A stretch of DNA of 64,000 nt, from the NCBI GenBank assembly GCA_016776925.1, contig JADHSL010000001.1, positions 28,311 through 92,310 of the forward strand, in the 5' to 3' direction. The notes under the pieces were generated by a model. The model made no database searches and was not told the origin of the DNA. It saw only the letters and a list, made by a program, of their open reading frames with translations. Positions 36,024 to 45,348 of this stretch are shown in pieces. The DNA comes from Pirellulales bacterium (GTDB lineage: Bacteria > Planctomycetota > Planctomycetia > Pirellulales > UBA1268). Both the position numbers and the translations under genes were made by a program. Every line of letters starts with the position of its first letter. Within the stretch, counting starts at the first letter, position 1.

Positions 36024-38327
36024 ATGTCAAAAGTCCGAACAGGTGGTGGTTGGAGAGCGATACGGTACACCCTCAGGAAGGCGTATGACGCAGGAGGTTT
36101 CTGGTCGTTGTGGAAAGCGATGCGAAGTAAAAATACATGTAAAACATGTGCCCTCGGCATGGGTGGGCAGGCTGGCGGCATGGTTAATGAGGCTGGCCAC
36201 TTTCCCGAAGTGTGCAAGAAATCATTTCAAGCCATGGTGGGCGACATGCAAGGCGGAATCCCAGATGATTTTTTTCAAACATACTCACTTGCACAGCTTA
36301 GTAAATTTACACCATATCAAATGGAGCATGCAGGAAGACTCGTAAAGCCGCTCCTACTGGAAAAGGGGAGTCAACATTATCAGCCAATTACGTGGGGTGA
36401 GGCGATGGAGCGTATCGTCACGAAACTTCGTAACACAAAGCCACGAAAAAGCTTTTGGTATTTCTCAGGACGTTCAAGTAACGAGGCGGGCTTTTTATTG
36501 CAGTTGTTTGCAAGACTTTACGGGACAAACCACGTCAACAATTGCAGTTACTACTGCCACCAAGCAAGTGGTGTCGGGCTCACAAGTGTCATTGGTACCG
36601 GGGCTGGCACAATTAAGTTGGACGACCTTGAGAAAAGTGACTTTGTCATACTGATAGGAGGCAATCCGGCAAGCAATCACCCTCGCATGATGAGATCATT
36701 GATGATGGTTCGGCGACGCGGCGGAAAAGTCGTTGTTGTGAATCCCATGATTGAAACAGGCCTTGTGAACTTCTCAGTCCCCAGCGATCCTGTGAGCCTG
36801 CTATTCGGGACTAAAATAGCAAGCACGTACGTTCAGCCATGTCTTGGCGGTGATCTTGCGCTCATCTACGGAATCATGAAGCGATTGAAAGAGATGCATG
36901 CTTTGGAGCGTGGGGACACGCCGGAACCAATTGTTGATGAAGAATTCCTTGCTAACCACACGCAGGGTTGGGATGCATTAGCGGAACGTCTCGAATCGTT
37001 GTCATGGGATGAGATTGTTGAAAAGTCAGGAGTTGGGAAAGAGGAGATCAACGATATCACGGCACAGTATGCGGCGTCGAAGCGTGCCGTTTTTTCCTGG
37101 ACAATGGGTGTCACGCATCATCTTCACGGTTCAGCCACCGTGCAGGCTATCGCTCAACTTGCACTAATGCGACGCATGATCGGTCGCCCGGGCGCTGGAC
37201 TCCAGCCAATCCGAGGCCACTCAAATATTCAGGGAATGGGCACGGTTGGTGTAACTCCAAAACTGAAAGAAACAATATTTGAACGACTTGAATCCGAACT
37301 CGGTGTGACACTGCCATCATTTCCTGGTTTTGACACGCTCGAGTGCCTTGAAGCAGCCGATCGTGGGGACATGCAGTTTGCGTTTTGTCTAGGAGGAAAT
37401 CTCTACGGGGCTAGTCCGGATGCCAGTTTTTCTAGACGGGCGATCGGGCGTACTGATATGACCGTTTATATGAGCACATCGTTGAATACCGGGCATGCTA
37501 GTGGGCTCGCACGAGACGAAACAATTGTTCTTCCTGTTCTCGCTCGTGACGAAGAGCCAGAACCCTCCACTCAAGAAAGTATGTTTAGTTATGTGCGGCT
37601 TTCTGATGGAGGAAAACCGAGACATGAGCAAAGTGCTCAGTATGGGCCACGAAGCGAAGTCGAAATCATCTCGGAACTAGGGTGCCGAATTCTCGGAACG
37701 AGTGGCCCCGTAAACTGGCTGGAAATGTCACATACGAGCACGATTCGTAAAGCGATTGGTCGTATGATTCCAGGCCTTGAACAGATTTCTAAGATGGACC
37801 AAACCAAAGAAGAGTTCTCCATCCCTGGTCGCACGCTCGATACGCCGACATTTCCTACCGCGAATGGAAAAGCAACCTTTCATGTCCATGACTTGCCAGA
37901 TGCGCCAGAGGGGTTGCAGTTAATGACGATCCGCAGCGAAGGCCAATTCAATACGGTTGTCTACGAAGAGGAAGACCTGTATCGAAATCAAAGTCGGCGA
38001 GATATTGTCTTAATGCACCCTGACGATATTCACAGTCATGGCCTGTCAGAAGGTAGTCTTTGTCGTGTTCAAAGTGATTCTGGCGAAATGCGTAGGGTGA
38101 CCATCTCAGCGTACCCAGAAATTCGCCAAGGGTGTGTGGCGATGTATTATCCAGAAAGTAATGTCCTTGTTCCAAAAGGAGTCGATCCACTTTCTCGAAC
38201 ACCATCCTATAAACGAGTGGCTGTAAAAATTGTGAAAGATGAAAGTCTGGGTCTGGCTGACAACAGTCCCAGAAATATTCCTACGATCAGAGCAGGTACG
38301 CCACGTGAGAAAATGAACCAGTGCTAG
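36024..38327 (+). CDS. molybdopterin oxidoreductase, FdhF/YdeP family
   Basis: 767 aa. N-terminal GGGWRAIRYTL and Cys cluster CKTCALGMGGQ. Molybdopterin-oxidoreductase-length core with a C-terminal barrel. Confidence 0.8.
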   Translation: MSKVRTGGGWRAIRYTLRKAYDAGGFWSLWKAMRSKNTCKTCALGMGGQAGGMVNEAGHFPEVCKKSFQAMVGDMQGGIPDDFFQTYSLAQLSKFTPYQMEHAGRLVKPLLLEKGSQHYQPITWGEAMERIVTKLRNTKPRKSFWYFSGRSSNEAGFLLQLFARLYGTNHVNNCSYYCHQASGVGLTSVIGTGAGTIKLDDLEKSDFVILIGGNPASNHPRMMRSLMMVRRRGGKVVVVNPMIETGLVNFSVPSDPVSLLFGTKIASTYVQPCLGGDLALIYGIMKRLKEMHALERGDTPEPIVDEEFLANHTQGWDALAERLESLSWDEIVEKSGVGKEEINDITAQYAASKRAVFSWTMGVTHHLHGSATVQAIAQLALMRRMIGRPGAGLQPIRGHSNIQGMGTVGVTPKLKETIFERLESELGVTLPSFPGFDTLECLEAADRGDMQFAFCLGGNLYGASPDASFSRRAIGRTDMTVYMSTSLNTGHASGLARDETIVLPVLARDEEPEPSTQESMFSYVRLSDGGKPRHEQSAQYGPRSEVEIISELGCRILGTSGPVNWLEMSHTSTIRKAIGRMIPGLEQISKMDQTKEEFSIPGRTLDTPTFPTANGKATFHVHDLPDAPEGLQLMTIRSEGQFNTVVYEEEDLYRNQSRRDIVLMHPDDIHSHGLSEGSLCRVQSDSGEMRRVTISAYPEIRQGCVAMYYPESNVLVPKGVDPLSRTPSYKRVAVKIVKDESLGLADNSPRNIPTIRAGTPREKMNQC

Positions 38328-38910
38328 GCTATTTTTTTCCGGGATGGCTTGCCAGCCATGAGAATCAGTTGTTTTCCTTTAGCGTCATGTGCTGTGTTTC
38401 TAGCGTGGGCCACCAGAGTCCCTATCAAGCAGATTCAGAAAAAGGTCTTTTGTTTTCGATTTTTCATGCTGCTACCTGTGTTTTTGCTTACGAAGGCTTT
38501 TTGAGCCTTCGTAAATGAATTTCAAGGGAGTTCGGCTGAAGGGCCGGGATTGAGTTGTTGTTACCGCAACCGATATTGGCAATTTCATGGTGGCGTAAAA
38601 GTCGATGCGCTCCGTTGGCTGTGGAATTAGTGGATTCAAAACAACTGGACACCTAGGCGATGAGAAACTTGCGATCTGCGCAGTTTCTAGGCAGGCAGGG
38701 CGATGCCCGCATTCCAAACACGAGTGACTGGTTTCTGGGCAGTCGGACAAGGTGCGTCCTAAGTCGTTGATAGCAAACAACTTGCAGTCAATGCTTGACT
38801 CCTTGTGCACAGTTAATTCGGTTTCGTTTGTGAGAGAGTTCTGTTTGTGCTGAGTGAATTATGCAGCCTGGCTCTCTTCTACCTGAGTCGACATATGGAA
38901 GGAGTCATGA

Positions 38911-39357
38911 ATGCCAGCGTTTATCCAAAAAGAATCCGGGGGCTTTGCCGATAACGCGGTAGGGCACGGTTCGCAGGCAATTCTTGAGGTAGCAGAACGG
39001 CTCTTCGCTGCTGAACCAGACTGGATCGTTTTTTTTCGTGAGATAATGGGTCTTGATGGCATAGTTCGGCGGACCTATCAGACTCCAGACTCTCTCATGC
39101 GTTTTGAGTGTTCCACTGAATATGCACGAATTCGTGAAATGTTGGATGCTCTGCGGCAGAAACAGCAGGAAAAATCACCAGTTCGGGAAGCACAGCGTGT
39201 TGTCACTGTCAGGATGCCCATGTCACTTCACGAAACACTCAAAGCAGAGGCTCAGGAGATGAATGTGAGCATCAACAAGCTCTGTATCTCAAAATTGCTC
39301 AAATTACTGGATGAAAATGCATGCCGGGACCTCGTGCCCGAAGAGCACATCGAATGA
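38911..39357 (+). CDS. protein with a C-terminal ribbon-helix-helix (HicB/Arc-like) domain
   Basis: 148 aa. VVTVRMPMSLHETLKAEAQEMNVSINKLCISKLL matches the RHH pattern. No toxin partner is adjacent. Confidence 0.5.
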   Translation: MPAFIQKESGGFADNAVGHGSQAILEVAERLFAAEPDWIVFFREIMGLDGIVRRTYQTPDSLMRFECSTEYARIREMLDALRQKQQEKSPVREAQRVVTVRMPMSLHETLKAEAQEMNVSINKLCISKLLKLLDENACRDLVPEEHIE

Positions 39358-39390
39358 GGTTCACCGGACCATTGGGCAAGTCTTAAAAAA

Positions 39391-39860
39391 GAATCTGAGT
39401 GGGCCTGTAAGCCGGGTTTTGTTCTTTTGGGTCAATTTCCCAAAAGAGGCAATCATTTCTCTACGACGGCAGTTACCTGCAGTCTCAAGCAGCCCACCCG
39501 AAAAGAAACTGAAGCGGATCGCCTCAGGCCGCTGTTTAGAGCGGACTCTCTTCTGTTCGGCCTTGCTCCCGATGGGGTTTACCGAGCCAGACCAGTCACC
39601 CGGCCTGCTGGTGAGCTCTTACCTCACCGTTTCACCCTTACCAGCAGACAGGAGCCTGCTGGCGGTCTAATTTCTGTGGCACTTTCCCTAACCTTACGGC
39701 TGGTGGGGGTTACCCACCATCGCATCCTTCGGAGCCCGGACTTTCCTCTCGCCAGAATGTTTTTGGCACAAAAAATGCAGCTTAATCTCGAAAGATAGAA
39801 ATGCACATTTCACAATCCAAATCCGTATCTGACCAGCGACTGCCCGGCCCACTCAGATTC
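39391..39860 (-). ncRNA. rnpB: RNase P RNA (bacterial type A)
   Basis: The minus strand carries GAGGAAAGTCCGGGCTCC (the universal CR-I motif) and ACAAAACCCGGCTTAC near the 3' end. The termini pair as P1: GAATCTGAGTGGGCC (39860-39846) with GGCCCACTCAGATTC (39405-39391). Confidence 0.9.
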
Positions 39861-40069
39861 CTTCAAAATCGTCGCACGGCACACGACGAAGAGCAAGCGG
39901 TGCTTACTACTTTGGGGTGCTAGTGATTAATCAGGATGAGATCACGTGAAATGAAGCAAAACATGAATACGTACTATGCGGGACAGTTTTTCTTATCGTA
40001 TAGTTCAAATAGTATGCTAAGAGACGAAAATTACTTTGTTGCGGGCCATCACGCCGGAGAATTCAACTG

Positions 40070-40459
40070 ATGTTCGGCGAATTACAACCCATTGGTGGAG
40101 GGGACTCGATTCCTCTGCTGAAGAAGACCCTCGTGGTTGGCCGGCGAGAGTCTGCTGATGTTGTGCTGAGATTCCCAACAATTTCAGGAAGTCATTGTGA
40201 ACTTGTTGTTGAGGAAGGGATTTGGGTTGTACGAGATCTCAACAGTAGCAATGGAACAAAAGTGAATGGTGTTCGTGTGAATGAACAGCATGTCAAGCCA
40301 GGTGATACGCTATCAATCGCCAAATATGCTTTTGAGGTCTTCTACGATCCTGCAGAGTTGGGTGCAACCGATGATGCAAAGAGTAAACTTGCTGAGACGA
40401 ATGTTTTCAGTCGCAGCCTTCTTGAGGCCTCTGGATTAGAGTCTCGCCGCAGGCGGTGA
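40070..40459 (+). CDS. FHA domain protein
   Basis: 129 aa. Contains VVGRRESADVVL...ISGSHCEL...DLNSSNGTKVNG, the FHA core pattern. Confidence 0.85.
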   Translation: MFGELQPIGGGDSIPLLKKTLVVGRRESADVVLRFPTISGSHCELVVEEGIWVVRDLNSSNGTKVNGVRVNEQHVKPGDTLSIAKYAFEVFYDPAELGATDDAKSKLAETNVFSRSLLEASGLESRRRR

Positions 40460-40539
40460 TTTTCGGCAGCAGGGGGGCGTAGCCGTGGCGTCAACTGGAG
40501 GAGTATCAATGCAAGTGTCCTGCTGTGTATGCTTGAGGA

Positions 40540-41661
40540 ATGAAGAATTCTCGAACATCTCGGGTCGCCTTTCGCAAAAACCGTCATGCGCGGCGACGGC
40601 AAACTGATGTTACCCGACAATTCGAAAATGATGGCGATGTGAGCGAGAATCTTGCGTCAACAGAGAGGCTTTCTGGCAAGGGGGATCTTACTCGAAAACG
40701 GACAGTAAAGCTGCCTGCTGTTGAAGGCGGTGTCAATGGTTCTGGGAGTGGAAATGATGCGTGGCGAGGACAAGTGCTCCACGCCCATGGTTTAGACAGC
40801 TTTGTGCGCGATGAGTTTGGGCAGATTGTACGGTGCGCAATTCGTCAGGTCCTACATGATGTTGCGACAGATCAACGCCATCCAGTATCCGCTGGCGATT
40901 GGGTGCACGTGCAGGGGCGAGGTGAAGAGGCGGCCATTTGTTTCATCGAACCTCGACGCAGTGCTTTAAGTCGATCCAGCCGTGGCCGCCGACATACTCT
41001 TGTTGCGAATGTTGACCAATTGTTTATCGTTGGCAGTGCTGCCCAGCCAGACTTGAAGCCCGGCTTGATTGACCGGATGCTTGTGGCTGCGGAGTCTGCT
41101 GGCATCCGGCCCGTGATCTGTATTAATAAAATCGATCTGATCGACCCTGCCGAACTTCTGCCGCTCGCCGGGGTGTACGCTCGCATGGGCTACCCGGTTA
41201 TCCTCTGCTCGTCAGTAACTGGATATGGTCTTTCTCGACTAAAAATTGAGTTAGACGGGCAAGTCACTGCCGTGGTTGGACAGAGCGGTGTCGGTAAGTC
41301 ATCACTACTCAATCGTCTCGAGCCAGTACTCGAATTGCCTGTCTCTGATGTAAGTCGTGATAATGAAAAGGGGCGGCATACAACTACTGCTGCAAGATTG
41401 CTTCCGCACTCGTATAACGGCAGTTTTGTTGATACTCCCGGTGTGCGTCAGTTTCAGCTTTGGGAAACCGTTCCAGCTGAGGTTCCGTCTGCCTTCCGGG
41501 ACTTACGCCCTCTTGCGAATCACTGCCGCTATCCTGACTGTAGTCATTCGCATGAATCTGGATGTGCGGTGAAGGATGCTGTTGCTGATGGTCTCCTCGA
41601 TACTCGACGCTGGGAAAGTTGTTGTTACCTTGCAGCAGGAGCGGAGGATAGTCGCGAGTGA
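40540..41661 (+). CDS. rsgA: ribosome small-subunit-dependent GTPase A
   Basis: Circularly permuted GTPase motifs (NKIDL, then GQSGVGKSSLLN) and the C-terminal zinc knuckle CRYPDCSHSHESGC. Confidence 0.9.
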   Translation: MKNSRTSRVAFRKNRHARRRQTDVTRQFENDGDVSENLASTERLSGKGDLTRKRTVKLPAVEGGVNGSGSGNDAWRGQVLHAHGLDSFVRDEFGQIVRCAIRQVLHDVATDQRHPVSAGDWVHVQGRGEEAAICFIEPRRSALSRSSRGRRHTLVANVDQLFIVGSAAQPDLKPGLIDRMLVAAESAGIRPVICINKIDLIDPAELLPLAGVYARMGYPVILCSSVTGYGLSRLKIELDGQVTAVVGQSGVGKSSLLNRLEPVLELPVSDVSRDNEKGRHTTTAARLLPHSYNGSFVDTPGVRQFQLWETVPAEVPSAFRDLRPLANHCRYPDCSHSHESGCAVKDAVADGLLDTRRWESCCYLAAGAEDSRE

Positions 41662-43007
41662 GTCTCCCGGAACGTACCACTGGCGTAGAGTCAGAGCGAA
41701 CTGTGCTTGTTGGTGTGTATATCAATACGCCCGTGAACCCCAAAGATCCTTTGTTGGAGTTGTCAGGTCTGGCAATCACGGCAGGCGCACACGTTGTGGC
41801 CGAATTGGTCCAGCGAAGACACGAACCAGATCAGCGGACATATATCGGCCGAGGAAAGCTCAAAGAACTTTTTTCTATTGTTGAGCATCATGATGCCGAT
41901 GTTGTCATGTTTGATAATGATCTTTCACCGGCACAAATACGAAACCTTGAGCATGAGTTGGATTGTAAAGTGCTGGATCGTTCAGAGGTCATCCTTGATA
42001 TATTTGCTGCACGCGCACGGACGTATGAAGCGAGGTTGGCTGTAGAGTTAGCACAGTTGGAGTATTCGTTGCCAAGGCTCAAGCGGATGTGGACACATCT
42101 CTCACGTCTGAAGATGGGCATTGGGATGCGAGGTCCTGGTGAAAAGCAACTTGAGGTGGACCGGCGGCTTGTCGAGAAGAGGATACATGACCTGAAGCAG
42201 GAATTGTTAGTTATTCACCGTCGCCGTGAGCGACAGGTTGCAGCGAGGCATGAGCAGCGAACGGTGTCTCTCGTTGGATATACAAATGCAGGTAAAAGCA
42301 CGCTGCTCAATGCCCTCACTCACGCAGACGTTCTCGCTGAAGACAAGCTCTTTGCCACACTGGACACTCGTACTAGGCGATGGAAGTTGCCAAGTTGGGG
42401 GCCCGTGTTGTTGAGTGATACTGTTGGCTTCATTCGTGATTTACCACATCATCTGATTGCAAGCTTTAAGGCAACGCTCGAAGAGACTCAGCAAGCCGAC
42501 TTATTGCTTCATGTGGCAGACGCCTCGAGTCCATTTGTTGAAAATCAGATCAAAGCCGTCCATTCTGTACTCGAAGAGCTATGTGTTGATGTAAAAGACA
42601 CGATACTTGTTTTGAATAAACTCGATGCAGTGACCGATCGCATCACACGAAATCGATTATGTGATAGGTACCCTTATGCCGTGGGTGTTTCTGCTCACTC
42701 AGGCTATGGCTTAGAAAATCTTGCGGTACGTACGAGTGATGCTTTAGGGCGAAACTTCCGGAATGTTGAAGTAGAAACAGATTGTGGAAACGGCCGTCTC
42801 TTGGCTTGGCTTGCGAAGCATGGTGAAGTTCTGTCGAAGCGATTTGGTGATGAGCGAATGATAATTCACTGTCGTATACCGCCGGCAGTTCTGGGGCGTA
42901 TCGATCCGGATGAAGCAACTGTTAGAGATTGTGATAATGAGGTGTGCGAGCAGTCGCGATCTCCATTGTCCTCTTCAACACAGTCTCCAGTAACGGAAGC
43001 TACATGA
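41658..43007 (+). CDS. hflX: GTPase HflX
   Basis: HflX N-terminal domain (ELAQLEYSLPRL, GPGEKQLE), G1 motif GYTNAGKSTLLNALT, DTVGF, NKLD. The GTG start overlaps the rsgA stop (GTGA). Confidence 0.92.
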   Translation: MSLPERTTGVESERTVLVGVYINTPVNPKDPLLELSGLAITAGAHVVAELVQRRHEPDQRTYIGRGKLKELFSIVEHHDADVVMFDNDLSPAQIRNLEHELDCKVLDRSEVILDIFAARARTYEARLAVELAQLEYSLPRLKRMWTHLSRLKMGIGMRGPGEKQLEVDRRLVEKRIHDLKQELLVIHRRRERQVAARHEQRTVSLVGYTNAGKSTLLNALTHADVLAEDKLFATLDTRTRRWKLPSWGPVLLSDTVGFIRDLPHHLIASFKATLEETQQADLLLHVADASSPFVENQIKAVHSVLEELCVDVKDTILVLNKLDAVTDRITRNRLCDRYPYAVGVSAHSGYGLENLAVRTSDALGRNFRNVEVETDCGNGRLLAWLAKHGEVLSKRFGDERMIIHCRIPPAVLGRIDPDEATVRDCDNEVCEQSRSPLSSSTQSPVTEAT

Positions 43008-43008
43008 C

Positions 43009-43809
43009 GTGTTGCATCGTAAAGTAAGAAATCTTTCTGGGCGGTGTGGCATTTTAACCGGGGCAACCTCCGGTGTAGGTAGAGCACTTGCAAGATTGCT
43101 TGCGGAGCGAGGTGTACGGCTTGTCATTTCTGGTCGTCGTGAATCAAGGCTAAACGATCTCGCCTCGGAATATCCCGGAGTGCTCATTCCTCTTTCTGGA
43201 GATATTACAAATAGTAAATTTCAGGAAGAACTTGTCGGAAAGGCAGAGGCAGCGTTTGGTGGTGTTGATTTGGTCATAGCAGCAGCAGGAGCAGGAGCTG
43301 TAGGGTCTTTTTCAGAGTCATCATTGGATACGATGAGGAGAGTGTTTGAAATTGATTTTTTTGCTCCAGTAGAACTTGTATACAAATCACTTCCGCAACT
43401 TAAGAATGGCCATGCACCAGCTGTTGTATTGATTGGTTCTATACTCGGAGTGCATCCGTTACCCTTGCATGGTGGGTATGCAGCAGCAAAAGCCGCACTG
43501 CATGGGTTTGCTCGTGCAGTTCGGCCGGAGTTGGCATCTCTTGGCATTGATGTAAACCTCGCAATACTTGGCCCGACTGAATCAGAGTTCTGGAATAATC
43601 TTGTTGCTGGTGAACGGGCCAGCTGGTCGCAGGGCCGTTCCTTACCGGCAAAGACTACAGCCGCAGCAATTATTGCTGCACTTGAACGAGGCTCGCCAGC
43701 TGTGATCCCTGGCTGGCGAGCGAAAACCTATGTCCTTTTGTCACGATTTTTTCCAGTACTTATTGACTTTTTTGTTCGTTGGAAACGTCGACTTTCTCGG
43801 CAATCGTGA
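43009..43809 (+). CDS. short-chain dehydrogenase/reductase (SDR)
   Basis: TGATSGVGRA (TGxxxGxG) and YAAAK (YxxxK). It starts 1 nt after the hflX stop. Confidence 0.85.
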   Translation: MLHRKVRNLSGRCGILTGATSGVGRALARLLAERGVRLVISGRRESRLNDLASEYPGVLIPLSGDITNSKFQEELVGKAEAAFGGVDLVIAAAGAGAVGSFSESSLDTMRRVFEIDFFAPVELVYKSLPQLKNGHAPAVVLIGSILGVHPLPLHGGYAAAKAALHGFARAVRPELASLGIDVNLAILGPTESEFWNNLVAGERASWSQGRSLPAKTTAAAIIAALERGSPAVIPGWRAKTYVLLSRFFPVLIDFFVRWKRRLSRQS

Positions 43810-44653
43810 GTAGTTCCTCTGCATCGAGCCACTGGTCGTTTGTTTGAAACAGCTGCTGGATTGCTGCTTTATGGAGTTTCATTTTTATTTCTCCGACGCC
43901 GAGGGCGCCGTAAAGAATTTTTGTACCATCACGTCGCGCGGTATCGGTTGCCTGAATGCCAGTTATTCCAGCTGGTGGCACTGCATTGAGGTCAATGCAG
44001 ACCGTGGTGGAAATCGCTTGTGAAAGTTGTGCCTCGGTAAGCATCTCGACCCCCGGTCCACCTGCTGAAACAATTAGATCTACGGATCCAATTACCTTCT
44101 CAAGCATTTTGATTGAAGTAGGCTCAAGGCGAGCGAGAGGGAAATTTTTGTTGAGTAGCTTGCAGTGTTGGGATGCGCGCTCAAAGGATCGTGAGGCAAG
44201 ATGGACGTGGGCTCCTTGATTTGCAAGAAGCCGGCTCACTCGTTGTCCAACAGGGCCAGTGCCGCCGAGTACAAGAGCTTGACATGCTTTTGACTTAGTC
44301 GAGGGTTGGAAGGAAATATGTCGTTTTGCTGCAATGACCGTTGCGGCTGCGGTTGTGTTTGCACCTGCTGGATCAATGAGGACACTAACACGAACCGAGT
44401 TGAAAAAGGTGTTTGAAATCTGAGAAGCAATCTCTTCCACCTGAGCAATATTTTTGCCCCCAAGGAAAATGCTCGTTGAGGCAAGATCAGATCCTGCTCG
44501 GGTGAACATTGCTCCATGGATCAGTGAAACAACATTCTTTGGTGAGACGTTGCCGTGTTGCAAAAGAACATCGGCGCCCGCATCAACAGCAACAACCGCA
44601 TCAAATGAACAGGGCTGGGGATCAACATCAAGTTGCAGGAGAATTTTCTTCAT
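43760..44653 (-). CDS. methylene-tetrahydromethanopterin dehydrogenase (MtdA/MtdB family)
   Basis: 297 aa. N-terminal KILLQLDVDPQPCSFD and Rossmann motif LVLGGTGPVGQR as in Mtd proteins. Adjacent to fae. Confidence 0.75.
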   Translation of the reverse strand: MKKILLQLDVDPQPCSFDAVVAVDAGADVLLQHGNVSPKNVVSLIHGAMFTRAGSDLASTSIFLGGKNIAQVEEIASQISNTFFNSVRVSVLIDPAGANTTAAATVIAAKRHISFQPSTKSKACQALVLGGTGPVGQRVSRLLANQGAHVHLASRSFERASQHCKLLNKNFPLARLEPTSIKMLEKVIGSVDLIVSAGGPGVEMLTEAQLSQAISTTVCIDLNAVPPAGITGIQATDTARRDGTKILYGALGVGEIKMKLHKAAIQQLFQTNDQWLDAEELLTIAEKVDVSNEQKSQ

Positions 44654-44685
44654 GGAAGAAAGCTAGCATAGTCATTCGTTTTGTA

Positions 44686-45180
44686 CTAAAAGCCCCGGAA
44701 CGGATGGGTAGCATCTTTTCCTGCAATCATCTCTTCTACCGTAGGTTTGCCGTGCATGGCGTTTGCAATCGAGTCGAGCGTTGCCTTGTAGTTGTTGTCG
44801 TAAATCTTTTTATCATCCTCTGCCAGCCAGTGAATGAATACGCCACAAACGATAACAAGATCTTCGGCTTGATCTTTTGGAATGACTCCACTTTCAACAC
44901 TGTCTGCAACGGCTTTTGCTACTGCTGCCTGTGCAGGACCAAACATCTGAACTGCCTGTTTTGCTCCCTTGATAGTTACTTTCGTAATCATCACTGTTGC
45001 AGGCTTGACGGCAAGATTTGGTGTCAGGACTGCAAGCAGGTTGGAATGCCCCTCGCTCTGGCGCGAAAGAGCGTTGGCAAATGCTGTACCGACAGGGCCT
45101 TCCTTGGTGCCAATCAATAAATCGATATGAGCAACTTCATTGCCATCACCGGCTAACGATTCACCTATAAACATCGACAT
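44686..45180 (-). CDS. fae: formaldehyde-activating enzyme (5,6,7,8-tetrahydromethanopterin hydro-lyase)
   Basis: 164 aa. GDGNEVAHIDLLIG, LLAVLTPNL, QMFGPAQAAVA and VFIHW closely parallel Methylobacterium Fae. Confidence 0.9.
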   Translation of the reverse strand: MSMFIGESLAGDGNEVAHIDLLIGTKEGPVGTAFANALSRQSEGHSNLLAVLTPNLAVKPATVMITKVTIKGAKQAVQMFGPAQAAVAKAVADSVESGVIPKDQAEDLVIVCGVFIHWLAEDDKKIYDNNYKATLDSIANAMHGKPTVEEMIAGKDATHPFRGF

Positions 45181-45348
45181 GTGGGAGATCTCCTCGAAAC
45201 GAGTGCAGAAAGTGCTGATGGTGCCTACCAGGATAAAGTATCCTGCTAGGCGAAAAGGTATCGTATGGAGGCATTATCAGCAATGAGGTGAAGTTTGTGA
45301 TCCTCACGATAACGTTTTCGAGCCACAGTACTCTGGGTTTAATGCCGG

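Noticed and set aside
38472-38810. A 112-aa minus-strand ORF in the 580-nt gap after the YdeP-like gene
   Set aside because: It has no ribosome-binding site and no motif, and its composition is Cys/Ser/Pro-rich. The gap does contain a 10-bp hairpin (38488-38514) but no clear gene. It is left unannotated.
39764-39779. A sigma-54-like promoter TGGCAC-N5-aTGCA on the plus strand, pointing toward the FHA-rsgA-hflX genes
   Set aside because: It lies inside the RNase P RNA (the P2/P3 region dictates this sequence). My rough estimate is that a match of this quality is expected about once per two windows of this size by chance. It is about 290 nt from the FHA start.
39311-39806. Three track ORFs (119, 123 and 60 aa) on both strands
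   Set aside because: They lie entirely within the RNase P RNA gene and have no protein-like motifs or ribosome-binding sites. They are artefacts of a GC-rich structured RNA.
44509-45120. A 203-aa plus-strand ORF
   Set aside because: It is antisense to fae and the mtd-like gene, both of which have unambiguous homology.
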